DNA from: Macrostomum lignano
Lineage: Eukaryota
DNA length: 39,800 nt
Direction of reading: 5' to 3'
Assembly: GCA_002269645.1 (NCBI GenBank)
Contig: NIVC01001084.1
Span: 1-39,800 of the forward strand
Within the stretch, counting starts at the first letter, position 1. Each line of letters opens with the position of its first letter. The position numbers and the translations under genes are program-made. This document shows, piece after piece, positions 24,135-37,608 of the stretch. Below the pieces are notes generated by a model. It made no database searches and was not told where the DNA came from. It saw only the letters and a list, made by a program, of their open reading frames with translations.

Positions 24135-27100
24135 ATCAGTATTCAGGAAATAATTTGATTTTCTATTAGTCATAATGTTTGCACATTGACAGGGTCTCTA
24201 TGCACTGTACAATCCCCATTGAATTCTGTCGATCTATTTATTGACTGGGAATAGTTTAAAACTGCGACACTGAAGTGTTGAAGTGCCTCAGTGCAGACTG
24301 GATCCCCATGCCAAATTGCGCGCACCATTTTGTGTCCGTTAATTGGAGCAACCTTTAATGCATTTTAACGGCTTTTCTGTCCATGTTTTTTGCCTTTCTA
24401 AATTTTTCTTAAATCTAATGTTATAGGCTCTTAGTTTGGATTATTTTGACAGCTCATCAATGTGTTTTATTGTTCCCATTGCAAATTAAGTGACTTTCCA
24501 ATCAAGATTCAGTGACTTTCAAATCCAGATTCAGTGACTTTCGAATCCAGATTCAGTGACTTTCCAATCCAGATTCAGTGACTTTCCAATCCAGATTCAG
24601 TGACTTTCCAATCAAGATTCAGTGACTTTCCAATCCAGATTCAGTGACTTTCCAATCCAGATTCAGTGACTTTCCAATCCAGATTCAGTGACTTTCCAAT
24701 CCAGATTCAGTGACTTTCCAATCAAGATTCAGTGACTTTCCAATCCAGATTCAGTGACCTTCCAATCCAGATTCAGTGACTTTCTAATCCAGATTCAGTG
24801 ACTTTCCAATCCAGATTCAGTGACCTTCCAATCCAGATTCAGTGACTTTCTAATCCAGATTCAGTGACTTTCCAATCAAGATTCAGTGACTTTCCAATCC
24901 AGATTCAGTGACTTTCCAATCAAGATTCAGTGACTTTCCAATCCAGATTCAGTGACTTTCCAATCCAGATTCAGTGACTTTCCAATTCAGATTCAGTGAC
25001 TTTCCGATCTAGATTCAGTGACTTTCCAATCCAGATTTAGTGACTTTCCAATCAAGATTCAGTGACTTTCCAATCCAGATTTAGTGACTTTCCAATCAAG
25101 ATTCAGTGACTTTCCAATCCAGATTCAGTGACTTTCCAATCAAGATTCAGTGACTTTCCAATCCAGATTCAGTGACTTTCCAATCAAGATTCAGTGACTT
25201 TCCAATCCAGATTCAGTGACTTTCCAATCCAGATTCAGTGACTATCCAATCCAGATTCAGTGACTTTCCAATTCAGATTTAGTGACTTTCCAATCCAGAT
25301 TCAGTGACTATCCAATCCAGATTCAGTGACTTTCCAATTCAGATTCAGTGACTTTCCAATTCAGATTCAGTGACGCTCCAATCGAAAAAGCATCAGTCCT
25401 GACAGCCATTTATCTAGCCTAAGATATCAGCACCCCTTTGATCCTCGGCATCTCAGCAACATCCCCATGAGCCTTAGCACCTCATAAACAATTCTATTCA
25501 AATAACTTTCCCTATTTCAGAATCAAACAGTTTTTGATATCGCCGAAGAAGAACTGCACAGCCTTCTTAAAGAGCTTCAAGCAAAACAAAAAGAGGTCAG
25601 TAAGATGGCCGTGTATGAAACGAATAATAAGTTCAAAGAAATCATACTTTATATAATGTAAACTGTTTAACTAAATTAATTTTTGTAGCTAATGAAGGAG
25701 TCTGGCAAGCAACCAATCATTACTAGTATGAAAGAAGATGATGGATCCAAGCCTTACACTTCAAGGCGGTGAGTCTCTGAATTTGTTCGCTTGTACTTTT
25801 GCCACCTTATATTAATTGCGTTTAAATAGTTTTTTATTTTAATCTTAGTTTATTTTCGTTTGCTAACAATGTGCCTCAATCGGATTTGTGTTTACTATCC
25901 ATCTATACGTCAATCTTATTTATCACCCGTCTGTACCCCAATCTAAATTGTGTTTATCATCCATCTGTACCCCAATCTAAATTGTGTTTATCATCCATCT
26001 GTACCCCAATCTAAATTGTGTTTATCATCCATCTGTATTTCAATCTGAATTGTGTTTATCATCCATCTGTATTTCAATCTGAATTGTGTTTATCATCCAT
26101 CTGTACTTCAATCTAAATTGTGTTTATCGTCCATCTGTAATTCAATCTAAATTGTGTTTATCATCCATCTGTACCTCAATCTGAATTGTGTTTATCATCC
26201 ATCTGTACCTCAATCTGAATTGTGTTTATCATCCATCTGTATTTCAATCTAAATTGTGTTTATCATCCATCTGTACTTCAATCTAAATTGTGTTTATCAT
26301 CCATCTGTATTTCAATCTAAATTGTGTTTATCATCCATCTGTATTTCAATCTGAATTGTGTTTATCGTCCATCTGTACTTCAATCTAAATTGTGTTTATC
26401 ATCCATCTGTATTTCAATCTAAATTGTGTTTATCATCCATCTGTATTTCAATCTAAATTGTGTTTATCATCCATCTGTACCCCAATCTAAATTGTGTTTA
26501 TCATCCATCTGTACTCCAATCTAAATTGTGTTTATCATCCATCTGTACTTCAATCTGAATTGTGTTTATCGTCCATCTGTACCCAAATCTAAATTGTGTT
26601 TATCGTCCATCTATACCTGAATCTAAATTGTGTTATCATCCATCTGTACCCCAATCTAAATTGTGTTTATCGTCCATCTGTACCTCAATCTGAATTGTGT
26701 TTATCATCCATCTGTACCCCAATCTAAATTGTGTTTATCATCCATCTGTACTCCAATCTAAATTGTGTTTATCATCCATCTGTACTTCAATCTGAATTGT
26801 GTTTATCGTCCATCTGTACCTCAATCTGAATTGTGTTTATCATCCATCTGTACCCCAATCTAAATTGTGTTTATCATCCATCTGTACTCCAATCTAAATT
26901 GTGTTTATCATCCATCTGTACCTGAATCTAAATTGTGTTTATCATCCATCTGTACTTCAATCTAAATTGTGTTTATCATCCATCTGTATTTCAATCTGAA
27001 TTGTGTTTATCATCCATCTGTATTTCAATCTGAATTGTGTTTATCATCCATCTGTACTTCAATCTAAATTGTGTTTATCGTCCATCTGTAATTCAATCTA

Positions 27101-30100
27101 AATTGTGTTTATCATCCATATGTACCTCAATCTGAATTGTGTTTATCATCCATCTGTACCTCAATCTGAATTGTGTTTATCATCCATCTGTATTTCAATC
27201 TAAATTGTGTTTATCATCCATCTGTACTTCAATCTAAATTGTGTTTATCATCCATCTGTATTTCAATCTAAATTGTGTTTATCATCCATCTGTATTTCAA
27301 TCTGAATTGTGTTTATCGTCCATCTGTACTTCAATCTAAATTGTGTTTATCATCCATCTGTATTTCAATCTAAATTGTGTTTATCATCCATCTGTATTTC
27401 AATCTAAATTGTGTTTATCATCCATCTGTATTTCAATCTGAATTGTGTTTATCATCCATCTGTACCTCAATCTGAATTGTGTTTATCATCCATCTGTACT
27501 TCAATCTAAATTGTGTTTATCGTCCATCTGTACTTCAATCTAAATTGTGTTTATCGTCCATCTATATCCCAATCTGGTTTGTGTTTATCATCCACAAAAA
27601 CCCCAATCTAAACTGTGTTTATCATCCATAAAAACCCATTTACCTTAGCTTTTGTGTCAATGGCCTGTCAATGACCTGTTGACAGGGCTCAGAGGCTTGT
27701 GCGCTATTCCGTTAGCAGATATAACTTATTTATACGGACAAACACTTAGCTGAACTCTGTTTTCTAATATTCTTCTCTGCTTTAAGTTTGTCAGAACTGT
27801 TTACAAAAATAGCATCATCTATATACCTCATATGCGAGTCTGAAACTTTAACATACGTTAAAGACGTTTTCTGGCAAATGCAAACAGGCTTTCTCGTATT
27901 GTGTGGCGCAGTTGCAATTCAATTATTTGTTGCCCCCCTGGTTGAGTATGTTTTCCAGCTACGTCAAGCCTCTGTGTGTTTTTTTCAGCTTAGGGCAAGG
28001 GTCGGCAAAACTTCTTTACTTCAAAAGCTAGATAGAGAATCTAACGCCTCACTGCGGGTCACAGGAGAGGAGGGAGGAGAGATTGAAGAGAAGAGAGGAG
28101 AGATTGAAGAGAAGAGAAAAGAGATTGAAGAGAAGAGAGGAGAGATTGAAGAGAAGAGAGGAGAGATTGAAGAGAAGAGAAAAGAGATTGAAGAGAAGAG
28201 AGGAGAGATTGAAGAGAAGAGAAAAGAGATTGAAGAGAAGAGAAGAGAGATTGAAGAGAAGAGAAAAGAGATTGAAGAGAAGAGAGGAGAGATTGAAGAG
28301 AAGAGAAAATATATTAAAGAGAAGAGAGGAGAGATTAAAGAGAAGAGAAAAGAGATTGAAGAGAAGAGAGGTGAGATTGAAGAGAAGAGAAAATATATTG
28401 AAGAGAAGAGAGGAGAGATTGAAGAGAAGAGAAAAGAGATTGAAGAGAAGAGAGGAGAGATAGAAGAGAAAAGAGGAGATATTGAAGAGAAAAGAGGAGA
28501 GATTGAAGAGAAGAGAGGGGAGATTGAAGAGAAGAGAGAAAAGAATTGAAGAGAAGAGAGGAAGGATGAAAGAGAAAAGATAATATATGGAAGAGAAGAG
28601 AAAAGCGATAAAAGATGAGAGAGGAGCGATGGAAGATAAGAGAGAAGAGTTGAGAAATAGGAGATGGGAGATGAGATATTGGCAAAGAGAGGAGACAAGA
28701 AAAGAGATGAGAGGTGATAAGCGAAATGGGGGGAAAGCGGAGAGGCAAGAGGAGAAGAGATGCGCGAGAGGAGTAGAGGAGAGGAGAGAGAAGGGGGTGA
28801 AATTTCAAAGGACCCGAAGGCTGTGGATAGAGAGGGTTTGCCTACCTCTGCCCAATTATTATATTTGGTAAATAGCATAGTATTAACCGAGGAACTCGTA
28901 CATTCGTTTACTTTAACTAATAATTTTGATTTTGTACGTGTTTTCAGTCCAAGTTGCAGAATCAGTGCGGCCATTGCAACACTACAAAATGTTGCTAACA
29001 GAATGAACGGATTAAAGTCTTCAACTAGTCCAATAATGTTTGCAAAATTGTTAGTTTACGTTTCCTTGAAAATTGTTTTATCCTGCAAAGATAGAATTTT
29101 AATTGTTTCTTTTTATACGGTTAATTTTTATGTTCTTTTATTACGTTTGGATTGTGTGCTTTCGGATAAATGTTTAAATGTCCTGACAGTTAGAGGAAGA
29201 CATGAAGTTATGAGATAGAGATGGAGACAGGATGAGATGGAGACAGGCTGTGATGGAGAGGGTGAGATGGAGACAGGATGAGATGGAGACAGGATGAGAT
29301 GGAGACAGGGTGAGATGGAGACAGGCTGTGATGGAGAGAGGGTGAGATGGAGACAGGATGAGATGGAGACAGGATGAGATGGAGACAGGGTGAGATGGAG
29401 ACAGGCTGTGATGGAGAGAGGGTGAGATGGAGACAGGATGAGATGGAGACAGGATGAGATGGAGACAGGATGAGATGGAGAGAGGGTGAGATGGAGACAG
29501 GGTGAGATGGAGACAGGCTGTGATGGAGAGAGGGTGAGATGGAGACAGGGTGAGATGGAGACAGGCTGTGATGGAGAGAGGGTGAGATGGAGACAGGGTG
29601 AGATGGAGACAGGCTGTGATGGAGAGAGGGTGAGATGGAGACAGGGTGAGATGGAGACAGGCTGTGATGGAGAGAGGGTGAGATGGAGACAGGGTGAGAT
29701 GGAGACAGGCTGTGATGGAGAGAGGGTGAGATGGAGACAGGGTGAGATGGAGGTGGTTAGATTGAGAGTGTGATATTAAGATAGTGTCGTATTGAGATAG
29801 TGTGGCATTGAGATAGTGTGGTATTGAGATAGTGTGATATTGAGATAGTGTGATATTGAGATAGTGTGATATTGAGATAGTGTGGCATTGAGATAGTGTG
29901 ATATTAAGATAGTGTGATATTGAGATAGTGTGATATTAAGATAGTGTGATATTGAGATAGTGTGATATTGAGATAGTGTGGTATTGAGATAGTGTGATAT
30001 TGAGATAGTGTGGCATTGAGATAGTGTGGTATTGAGATAGTGTGATATTGAGATAGTGATATTGAGATAGTGTGACATTGAGATAGTGTGATATTGAGAT

Positions 30101-33100
30101 AGTGTGATATTAAGATAGTGTGATATTGAGATAGTGTGGTATTGAGATAGTGTGATATTGAGATAGTGATATTGAGATAGTGTGACATTGAGATAGTGTG
30201 GTATTGAGATAGTGTGATATTTGAGATAGTGATATTGAGATAGTGTGACATTGAGATAGTGTGAGATTGAGATAGTGTGAGATTGAGATAGTGTGGTATT
30301 GAGATAGTGTGGTATTGAGATAGTGTGATATTGAGATAGTGTGGCATTGAGATAGTGTGGTATTGAGATAGTGTGATATTGAGATAGTGATATTGAGATA
30401 GTGTGACATTGAGATAGTGTGATATTGAGATAGTGTGATATTAAGATAGTGTGATATTGAGATAGTGTGGTATTGAGATAGTGTGATATTGAGATAGTGA
30501 TATTGAGATAGTGTGACATTGAGATAGTGTGGTATTGAGATAGTGTGATATTTGAGATAGTGATATTGAGATAGTGTGACATTGAGATAGTGTGAGATTG
30601 AGATAGTGTGAGATTGAGATAGTGTGGTATTGAGATAGTGTGGTATTGAGATAGTGTGAGATGAGACATGGTGAGATGCAGACAGGGTGAGATGTAGACA
30701 GGGTGAGATGCAGACAGGGTGAGATGCAGACAGGGTGAGATGCAGACAGAGTGAGATGCAGACAGGGTGAGATGCAGACAGGGTGAGATGTAGACAGGGT
30801 GAGATTCAGACAGGGTGAGATGCAGACAGGGTGAGATGCAGACAGGGTGAGATGCAGACATTGTGAGATGCAGACAGGGTGAGATTCAGACAGGGTGAGA
30901 TGCAGACAGGGTAAGATGCAGACAGGGTGAGATGCAGGCAGGGTGAGATGCAGGCAGGGTGAGATGCAGGCAGGGTGAGATGTAGACAGGGTGAGATGCA
31001 GACAGGGTGAGATTCAGACAGGCTGAGATGTAGACAGGGTGAGATGTAGACAGGGTGAGATATAGACAGGGTGAGATGCAGACAGGATGAGATGCAGACA
31101 GGGTGAGACGGAGAGGAGAAGACAGAGCCACAATGTGAGAAGAGTTTCGGAGAAATCTGGGAAAGAAAGGATTCAAGAGGATTAATAGTCAAAGCAAGTA
31201 AAAAGATAAACAGATAAAATTTCAAATCTACAGACCCGCCCAAGGATTAAGGACTTTTAAAAACGGATTATGCGCAAAATGTAATGCTAATTTTATGACT
31301 ATAAATATTGCTGACGGATATGTGTTCATTTACATCCACTTGCATTTTGTCGGACCGAACTTCTACTATTTAATTAAAGATATTCTAAAGTATTTATAGC
31401 TAGATAGGAAACCCGCGGTATTAACGCACGGGGTTCCTTTTCTTCAGGTGAAGTAGCTGTATCCCATTTTGCCAAGACCAAAGCAAGCGGGCAGGCAGAA
31501 AAGCGCTGGGTTGAAGTGAATATTTCTGCAACTGGCTGCGTGCAACAGGGGTTGGCAAAGTCTGGCTCGTGTGCCAGCTGCGGACCGCCATGCCTCTCTT
31601 TTCGGCCCTTTGGGTCGTTTGCAACTAAACAAAATTGACGTCCGGCCGCTCGGGGTTGTCTTCTCAGCTCTCCTCTTCTCTCTCCTCTCCTCTCCGCTCT
31701 TCTATCTCCTCTCCTCTCCGCTCTTCTCTCTCCTCTCCTCTCTTCTCTTCTCTCTCTCCTCTCCTCTCCGCTCTTCTCTCTCCTTCCTCTTCTCTTCTCT
31801 CTCCTCTCCTCTCCGCTCTTCTCTCTCCTCTCCTCTCTTCTCTTCTCTCTCCTCTCCTCTCTTCTCTTCTCTCTCCTCTCCTCTCCGCTCTTCTCTCTCC
31901 TCTCCTCTCTTCTCTTCTCTCTCCTCTCCTCTCCGCTCTTCTCTCTCCTTCCTCTCTTCTCTTCTCTCTCCTCTCCTCTCCGCTCTTCTCTCTCCTCTCC
32001 TCTCTTCTCTTCTCTCTCCTCTCCTCTCCGCTCTTCTCTCTCCTCTCCTCTCTTCTCTTCTCTCTCCTCTCCTCTCCGCTCTTCTCTCTCCTTCCTCTCT
32101 TCTCTTCTCTCTCCTCTCCTCTCCGCTCTTCTCTCTCCTCTCCTCTCTTCTCTTCTCTCTCCTCTCCTCTCCGCTCTTCTCTCTCCTTCCTCTCTTCTCT
32201 TCTCTCTCCTCTTCTCTCCGCTCTTCTCTCTCCTCTCCTCTCTTCTCTTCTCTCTCCTCTCCTCTCCGCTCTTCTCTCTCCTTCCTCTCTTCTCTTCTCT
32301 CTCCTCTTCTTTCCGCTCTTCTCTCTACTCTCCTCTATTCTCTTCTCTCTCCTTCCTCTCTTCTCTTCTCTCTCCTCTCTTCTCTTCTCTCTCTTCTCCT
32401 CTCCTCTCCTCTCTTCTCTTCTCTCTCCTCTCCTCTCCTTCCTCTCTTCTCTTCTCTCTCCTCTCCTTCCTCTCTTCTCTTCTCTCTCCTTCCTCTCTTC
32501 TCTTCTCTCTCTTCTCCTCTCCTCTCCTCTCTTCTCTTCTCTCTCCTCTCCTCTCCTTCCTCTCTTCTCTTCTCTCTCCTTCCTCTCTTCTCTTCTCTCT
32601 CCTCTCCTCTCATCTCCTCTTTTCTCTCTCCTCTCTTCTCTTCTCTCTCCTCTTCTCTCTCCCTCATCTCCTCTACTCTCTTCTCTTCTCTCACCTCACC
32701 TCTTCTTTCTCCTCCCTTCTCTTCTCCTGTCACTTCTCTCATCTCTCCTCTCTTATCTTCTAGCCTATGCTCTTTCATCTTCTCTTTGTTTTTCTCTCAT
32801 TCTCTTCTCTCACTCCTCTTCTCTCTCCTAGTTTCCCTTTCCTCTTCTCTCCTCTTTTCCCTCCCCTCTGTCTCGTGGCCCGCAGTCATGCGCTAGATTC
32901 TCTATCTGTGCCGCTAAAGTAAAAAAGGTTTGCCGACCCCGTGGCATAGCAGCAGCGCGGACTGGAAACTAAAGGCAGAAAGGATGGTGAGGTGGGCTAT
33001 CAATTTTTAGGATCAATATAGTTGCACAGAAGTCGTACAAGACCTGCCCGCCTGCAGTAAGAATTCCCCTTTCCACTGCACCAGAAAGTTTGCTTACGTC

Positions 33101-36100
33101 ACAAAATCCGTCAGCCCTGCCCTGCCCCAGAAGCCCCGGGCCGGATCTGCCCTTCTTTATCCACCTACGTGCACCTCCTTCCTTCCATCCGTCCTGCCTC
33201 GTAGCCTCCCTCTCTCTCTTGCTAAGTTAAAAACGAACTTACCACTCCCAATCCTTTATTCGATCCGTTCGTTCCCATGTGCGTCTCCCTTCTTCGATTC
33301 GGCCAGAAGCGCCAGTCCTTCGTCTCGCCCTTTCTCACCGAACTCTTGTGTGCGCGAGCCGTACATTTGTCTGTATGCGGGTACATACGCGCACTCGTTG
33401 ACCGATCCTTTGCAAAAGATGGTTTCTTCTTTTCCTTGCCATCCCAGCTGATGGATAGAATATCGAAAGAAAAACATGGGACGAACAACTATGAACTAAG
33501 AAAGTTACTGCGGATGTGTATAGTCTATAAATAGCCCCAAGATTTATTAGCGGATATGCCGCAGCGGGGCCGGTACTGCGCAGTGTATCTCGGGTGTAAC
33601 GAACAAGTATTTTACATCCGCTTTCTTTTGACCGAAATTCTATACTGACTACTTCAACTTTTCTAGTAGTAGTATTTGTAAATTTTTATTTCTTTAACTT
33701 ATTCAAGAATATAATATTAATAGTAAATGATAAAACCTGCCCTAATGGGTAGATATGCAACCGACAGCTCAGCAGCAGCCATTGCGCGGCGCATCTAAAA
33801 GCTGCGTACGGCTGTTCCGTCCAAGGACTGGGGGTCGCCACACGCCCTCAATTACCCCAGCTAATGCTGGCACCCATTTTACAGCTGGGTAAACTGAAGC
33901 AATGCAGAGTTAAGTGTCTTGCTCAAGGTCACACAAATTATTCCACTAGGATCAGGAATCGAACCCCCGACCTTTCAGTCGCAAGTCCAACGCTCTAACC
34001 ACTAGGCCACAACCCGCTTCTCCTTTACTTGTCCAGGAATTCTATAATTTTCCATAGTCTCTTGAACGACAATGAAGCCAGACAAGAATCCCACTCCTAT
34101 ATTATCCCATCCCCCATAGGAGTTCCGTCACTCGCGTCACGCAGTCGGAGCGGCACGACCTCACTAGCAAGAGCTCCGAGATTGAAAAGCACCCGGAGTC
34201 CTTGCCCAAGCCCACGGCTGACCCGCCAACCGCAGCCGCCGCCGCCTCCACGCCGACTGAGGAAAATGCCGCAGCTTCCCGACCGCCTGCGTCTCCTCGA
34301 CAGCGCGGTGTCCCAACGGCATCACCGGCAACAGTCAAGCAGCTGACGCCGCCGCTAGAGGAGCTGCCGCCGCCGCCTCCGCCGCCACCAGCCGTTGAGG
34401 AAGTCAGCAACGACGATGATGTCAAGAGTTCGAATCCGGCGCTTAGCGAGCTGCCGAGCGAAGACGCCAGCGAGCCGAGGCCGCCGCTGCTGTGCCGCTG
34501 CCGCTGCTGCAGCCGCTGCAGTTGCCGCTGCCGCCGCCGCAGCAGCCTCGGAGCCCGAAGAGCCTCCGTCGTCGGAGCCATCTGCGCCGCCGAAGTCGGA
34601 AGAGCGGCCGCCCGCCAAACCGTTGGACTTTTCGCCTGGCATGACGACGCCATCAACTAGCGTTAAAGTGAGCTGCTACAACTCGTATTGTCTTTCTTGG
34701 TAAAGCAGCTTCATCAAAATTCAGTCCTACCAACCGCAAATTGCGGTACTAATGATAAATATATTGCAATAAAATGTTCGTTGAGTTTCTGACGATGAAG
34801 TCGCTCTAAACTGTACATTAAATTTGCCATAGACTATTCCATAGAAACCGCCCTGGACTATTCTATGAACATTGCCCTATAGACTATTCCATAAACATCG
34901 CCCTGACTATTCCATAAACATCGCCCTAGACTATTCCATAAACATCGCCCTAGACTATTCCATAAACATCGCCCTAGACTATTCCATAAACATCGCCCTA
35001 GACTATTCCATAAACATTGCACTATAGACTATTCCATAAACATCGCCCTAGACTATTCCATAAACATCGCCCTAGACTATTCCATAAACATCGCCCTAGA
35101 CTATTCCATAAACATCGCCCTGGACTATTCCATAAACATTGCCCTAGACTATTCCATAAACATCGCCCTAGACTATTCCATAAACATCGCCCTAGACTAT
35201 TCCATAAACATCGCCCTAGACTATTCCATAAACATCGCCCTATAGACTATTCCATAAACATCGCCCTGGACTATTCCATAAACATCGCCCTAGACTATTC
35301 CATAAAAATCGCCCTAGACTATTCCATAAACATCGCCTTAGACTTTCATAAACATCGCCCTATACTATTCCATAAACATTGCCCTAGACTATTCCATAAA
35401 CATTGCCTTAGACTTTAATAAACATCGCCCTAAACTATTGCATAAACATCGCCCTATACTATTCCATAAACATCGCCCTAGACTATTCCATAAACATTGC
35501 CTTAGACTTTAATAAACATCGCCCTAAACTATTGCATAAACATCGCCGTAGACTATTCCACAGAAGTCGCCCTAGACTATTCCACAGAAGTCGCCCTAGA
35601 CTGTTCCACAGAATTCGCCCTAGACTATTCCACAGAAGTCGCCCTAGACTATTCCACAGAAGTCGCCTAGATTATTCCACAGAAGTCGCCCTAGACTATT
35701 CCACAGAAGTCGCCCTAGACTATTCCACAGAAGTCGCCCTAGATTATTCCACAGAAGTCGCCCTAGACTATTCCACAGAAGTCGCCCTAGACTATTCCAC
35801 AGAAGTCGCCCTAGACTATTCCACAGAAGTCGCCTAGACTATTCCACAGAAGTCGCCCTAGACTATTCCACAGAAGTCGCCCTAGATTATTCCATAGAAA
35901 TTTCCCTAGACTACAGTGCCACAGAAGTCGCCCTAGACTATTCCATAGAAATTTCCCTAGACTACAGTGCCACAGAAGTCGCCCTAGACTATTCCACAGA
36001 AGTCGCCTAGATTATTCCATAGAAATTTCCCTAGACTACAGTGCCACAGAAGTCGCCCTAGACTATTCCATAGAAATTTCCCTAGACTACAGTGCCACAG

Positions 36101-36721
36101 AAGTCGCCCTAGACTATTCCATAGAAATTTCCCTAGACTACAGTGCCACAGAAGTCGCCCTAGACTATTCCATAAAAATTTCTGTAAAACTTTTCGTTTT
36201 AACCATTAAGAATTCTCTAAAATTATTCAAAATCACAAGAGTTCCTCGACTATGAATAAAAATATTTGTCATTTTCAAATAATTTCAGGATGCAATTCCA
36301 GATAGTTTGCTGTCAGATATCGTGAGTAGTATAGACGCTCGTTGTAAGCGTTATCTAAAAGAGAAAAAACGTTAAATTGAAAACTACCCGAATGCTGTAT
36401 TGGGCGTGCAGTTCCGTTCAATAGAGATATTATGTAACGTACTTTAAAAACTAAAATTACGAGTATTAATAATGATTTCGTGCTTAACGCTTGCAATAGA
36501 ATATTAATAATAGGAAATTTTATGAATAGAAGCATGCGTTTTGTCTCGACTACTTATCAACTGATCAGCAACAAAGACTAACATGAGTCTCTGTCTTGGT
36601 GTCTGCCTTCATGTCTGTCTGTCTGTGTGTCTGTCTGTCTGTCTGTCTCTGTCTGTGTGTCTGTCTGTCTGTCTGTGTGTCTGTCTGTCTGTGTGTCTGT
36701 CTGTCTGTGTCTGTCTGTCTT

Positions 36722-36762
<41 letters not shown>

Positions 36763-36779
36763 GTGTCTGTCTGTCTGTG

Positions 36780-36810
<31 letters not shown>

Positions 36811-36938
36811 GTGTCTGTCTGTCTGTGTGTCTGTCTGTGTGTCTGTCTGTGTGTGTGTGTGTGTGTGTCTGTCTGTCTGTCTTATGGTCTGTCTGTCTGT
36901 CTGTCTGTCTTATGGTCTGTCTGTCTGTCTGTCTTATG

Positions 36939-37004
<66 letters not shown>

Positions 37005-37102
37005 GTCTGTGTGTCTGTCTGTCTGTCTGTCTGTCTCTGTCTGTGTGTCTGTCTGTCTGTCTGTGTGTCTGTCTGTCTGTCTTTCTGTCTGTCTGTCTTA
37101 TG

Positions 37103-37144
<42 letters not shown>

Positions 37145-37305
37145 GTGTCTGTCTGTCTCTGTCTGTGTGTCTGTCTGTCTGTCTGTGTGTCTGTCTGTCT
37201 GTCTGTCTTATGGTCTGTCTGTCTGTCTGTCTTATGGTCTGTCTGTCTGTCTGTCTGTCTGTGTGTCTGTCTGTCTCTGTCTGTGTGTCTGTCTGTCTGT
37301 CTGTC

Positions 37306-37342
<37 letters not shown>

Positions 37343-37427
37343 GTGTCTGTGTGTCTGTCTGTGTGTCTGTCTATCTGTCTGTCTGTCTGTCTGTCTGTGT
37401 GTCTGTCTGTCTCTGTCTGTGTGTCTA

Positions 37428-37460
<33 letters not shown>

Positions 37461-37545
37461 GTGTCTGTGTGTCTGTCTGTGTGTCTGTCTATCTGTCTGT
37501 CTGTCTGTCTGTCTGTGTGTCTGTCTGTCTCTGTCTGTGTGTCTA

Positions 37546-37608
<63 letters not shown>

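Noticed and set aside
6855-27640. Regular 24-36-bp repeats as CRISPR arrays
   Set aside because: Units are head-to-tail with no unique spacers, there are no cas genes, and the context is spliceosomal.
27788-28974. EIEEKRG coiled-coil-like ORF and overlapping ORFs as a MYPT exon
   Set aside because: The repeat lies inside a hAT-like element, and exon 5 joins 34120 directly to give RRSSVTRV, which needs no such exon.
29486-31243. His/Ser/Ile-rich ORFs
   Set aside because: 16-bp satellite translations.
31571-32896. 441- and 398-aa S/L/P ORFs
   Set aside because: Polypyrimidine satellite inside a transposon remnant.
33940-34016. tRNA gene
   Set aside because: A and B boxes are present but lead directly into a CORE domain with no acceptor-stem 3' half; it is a SINE head.
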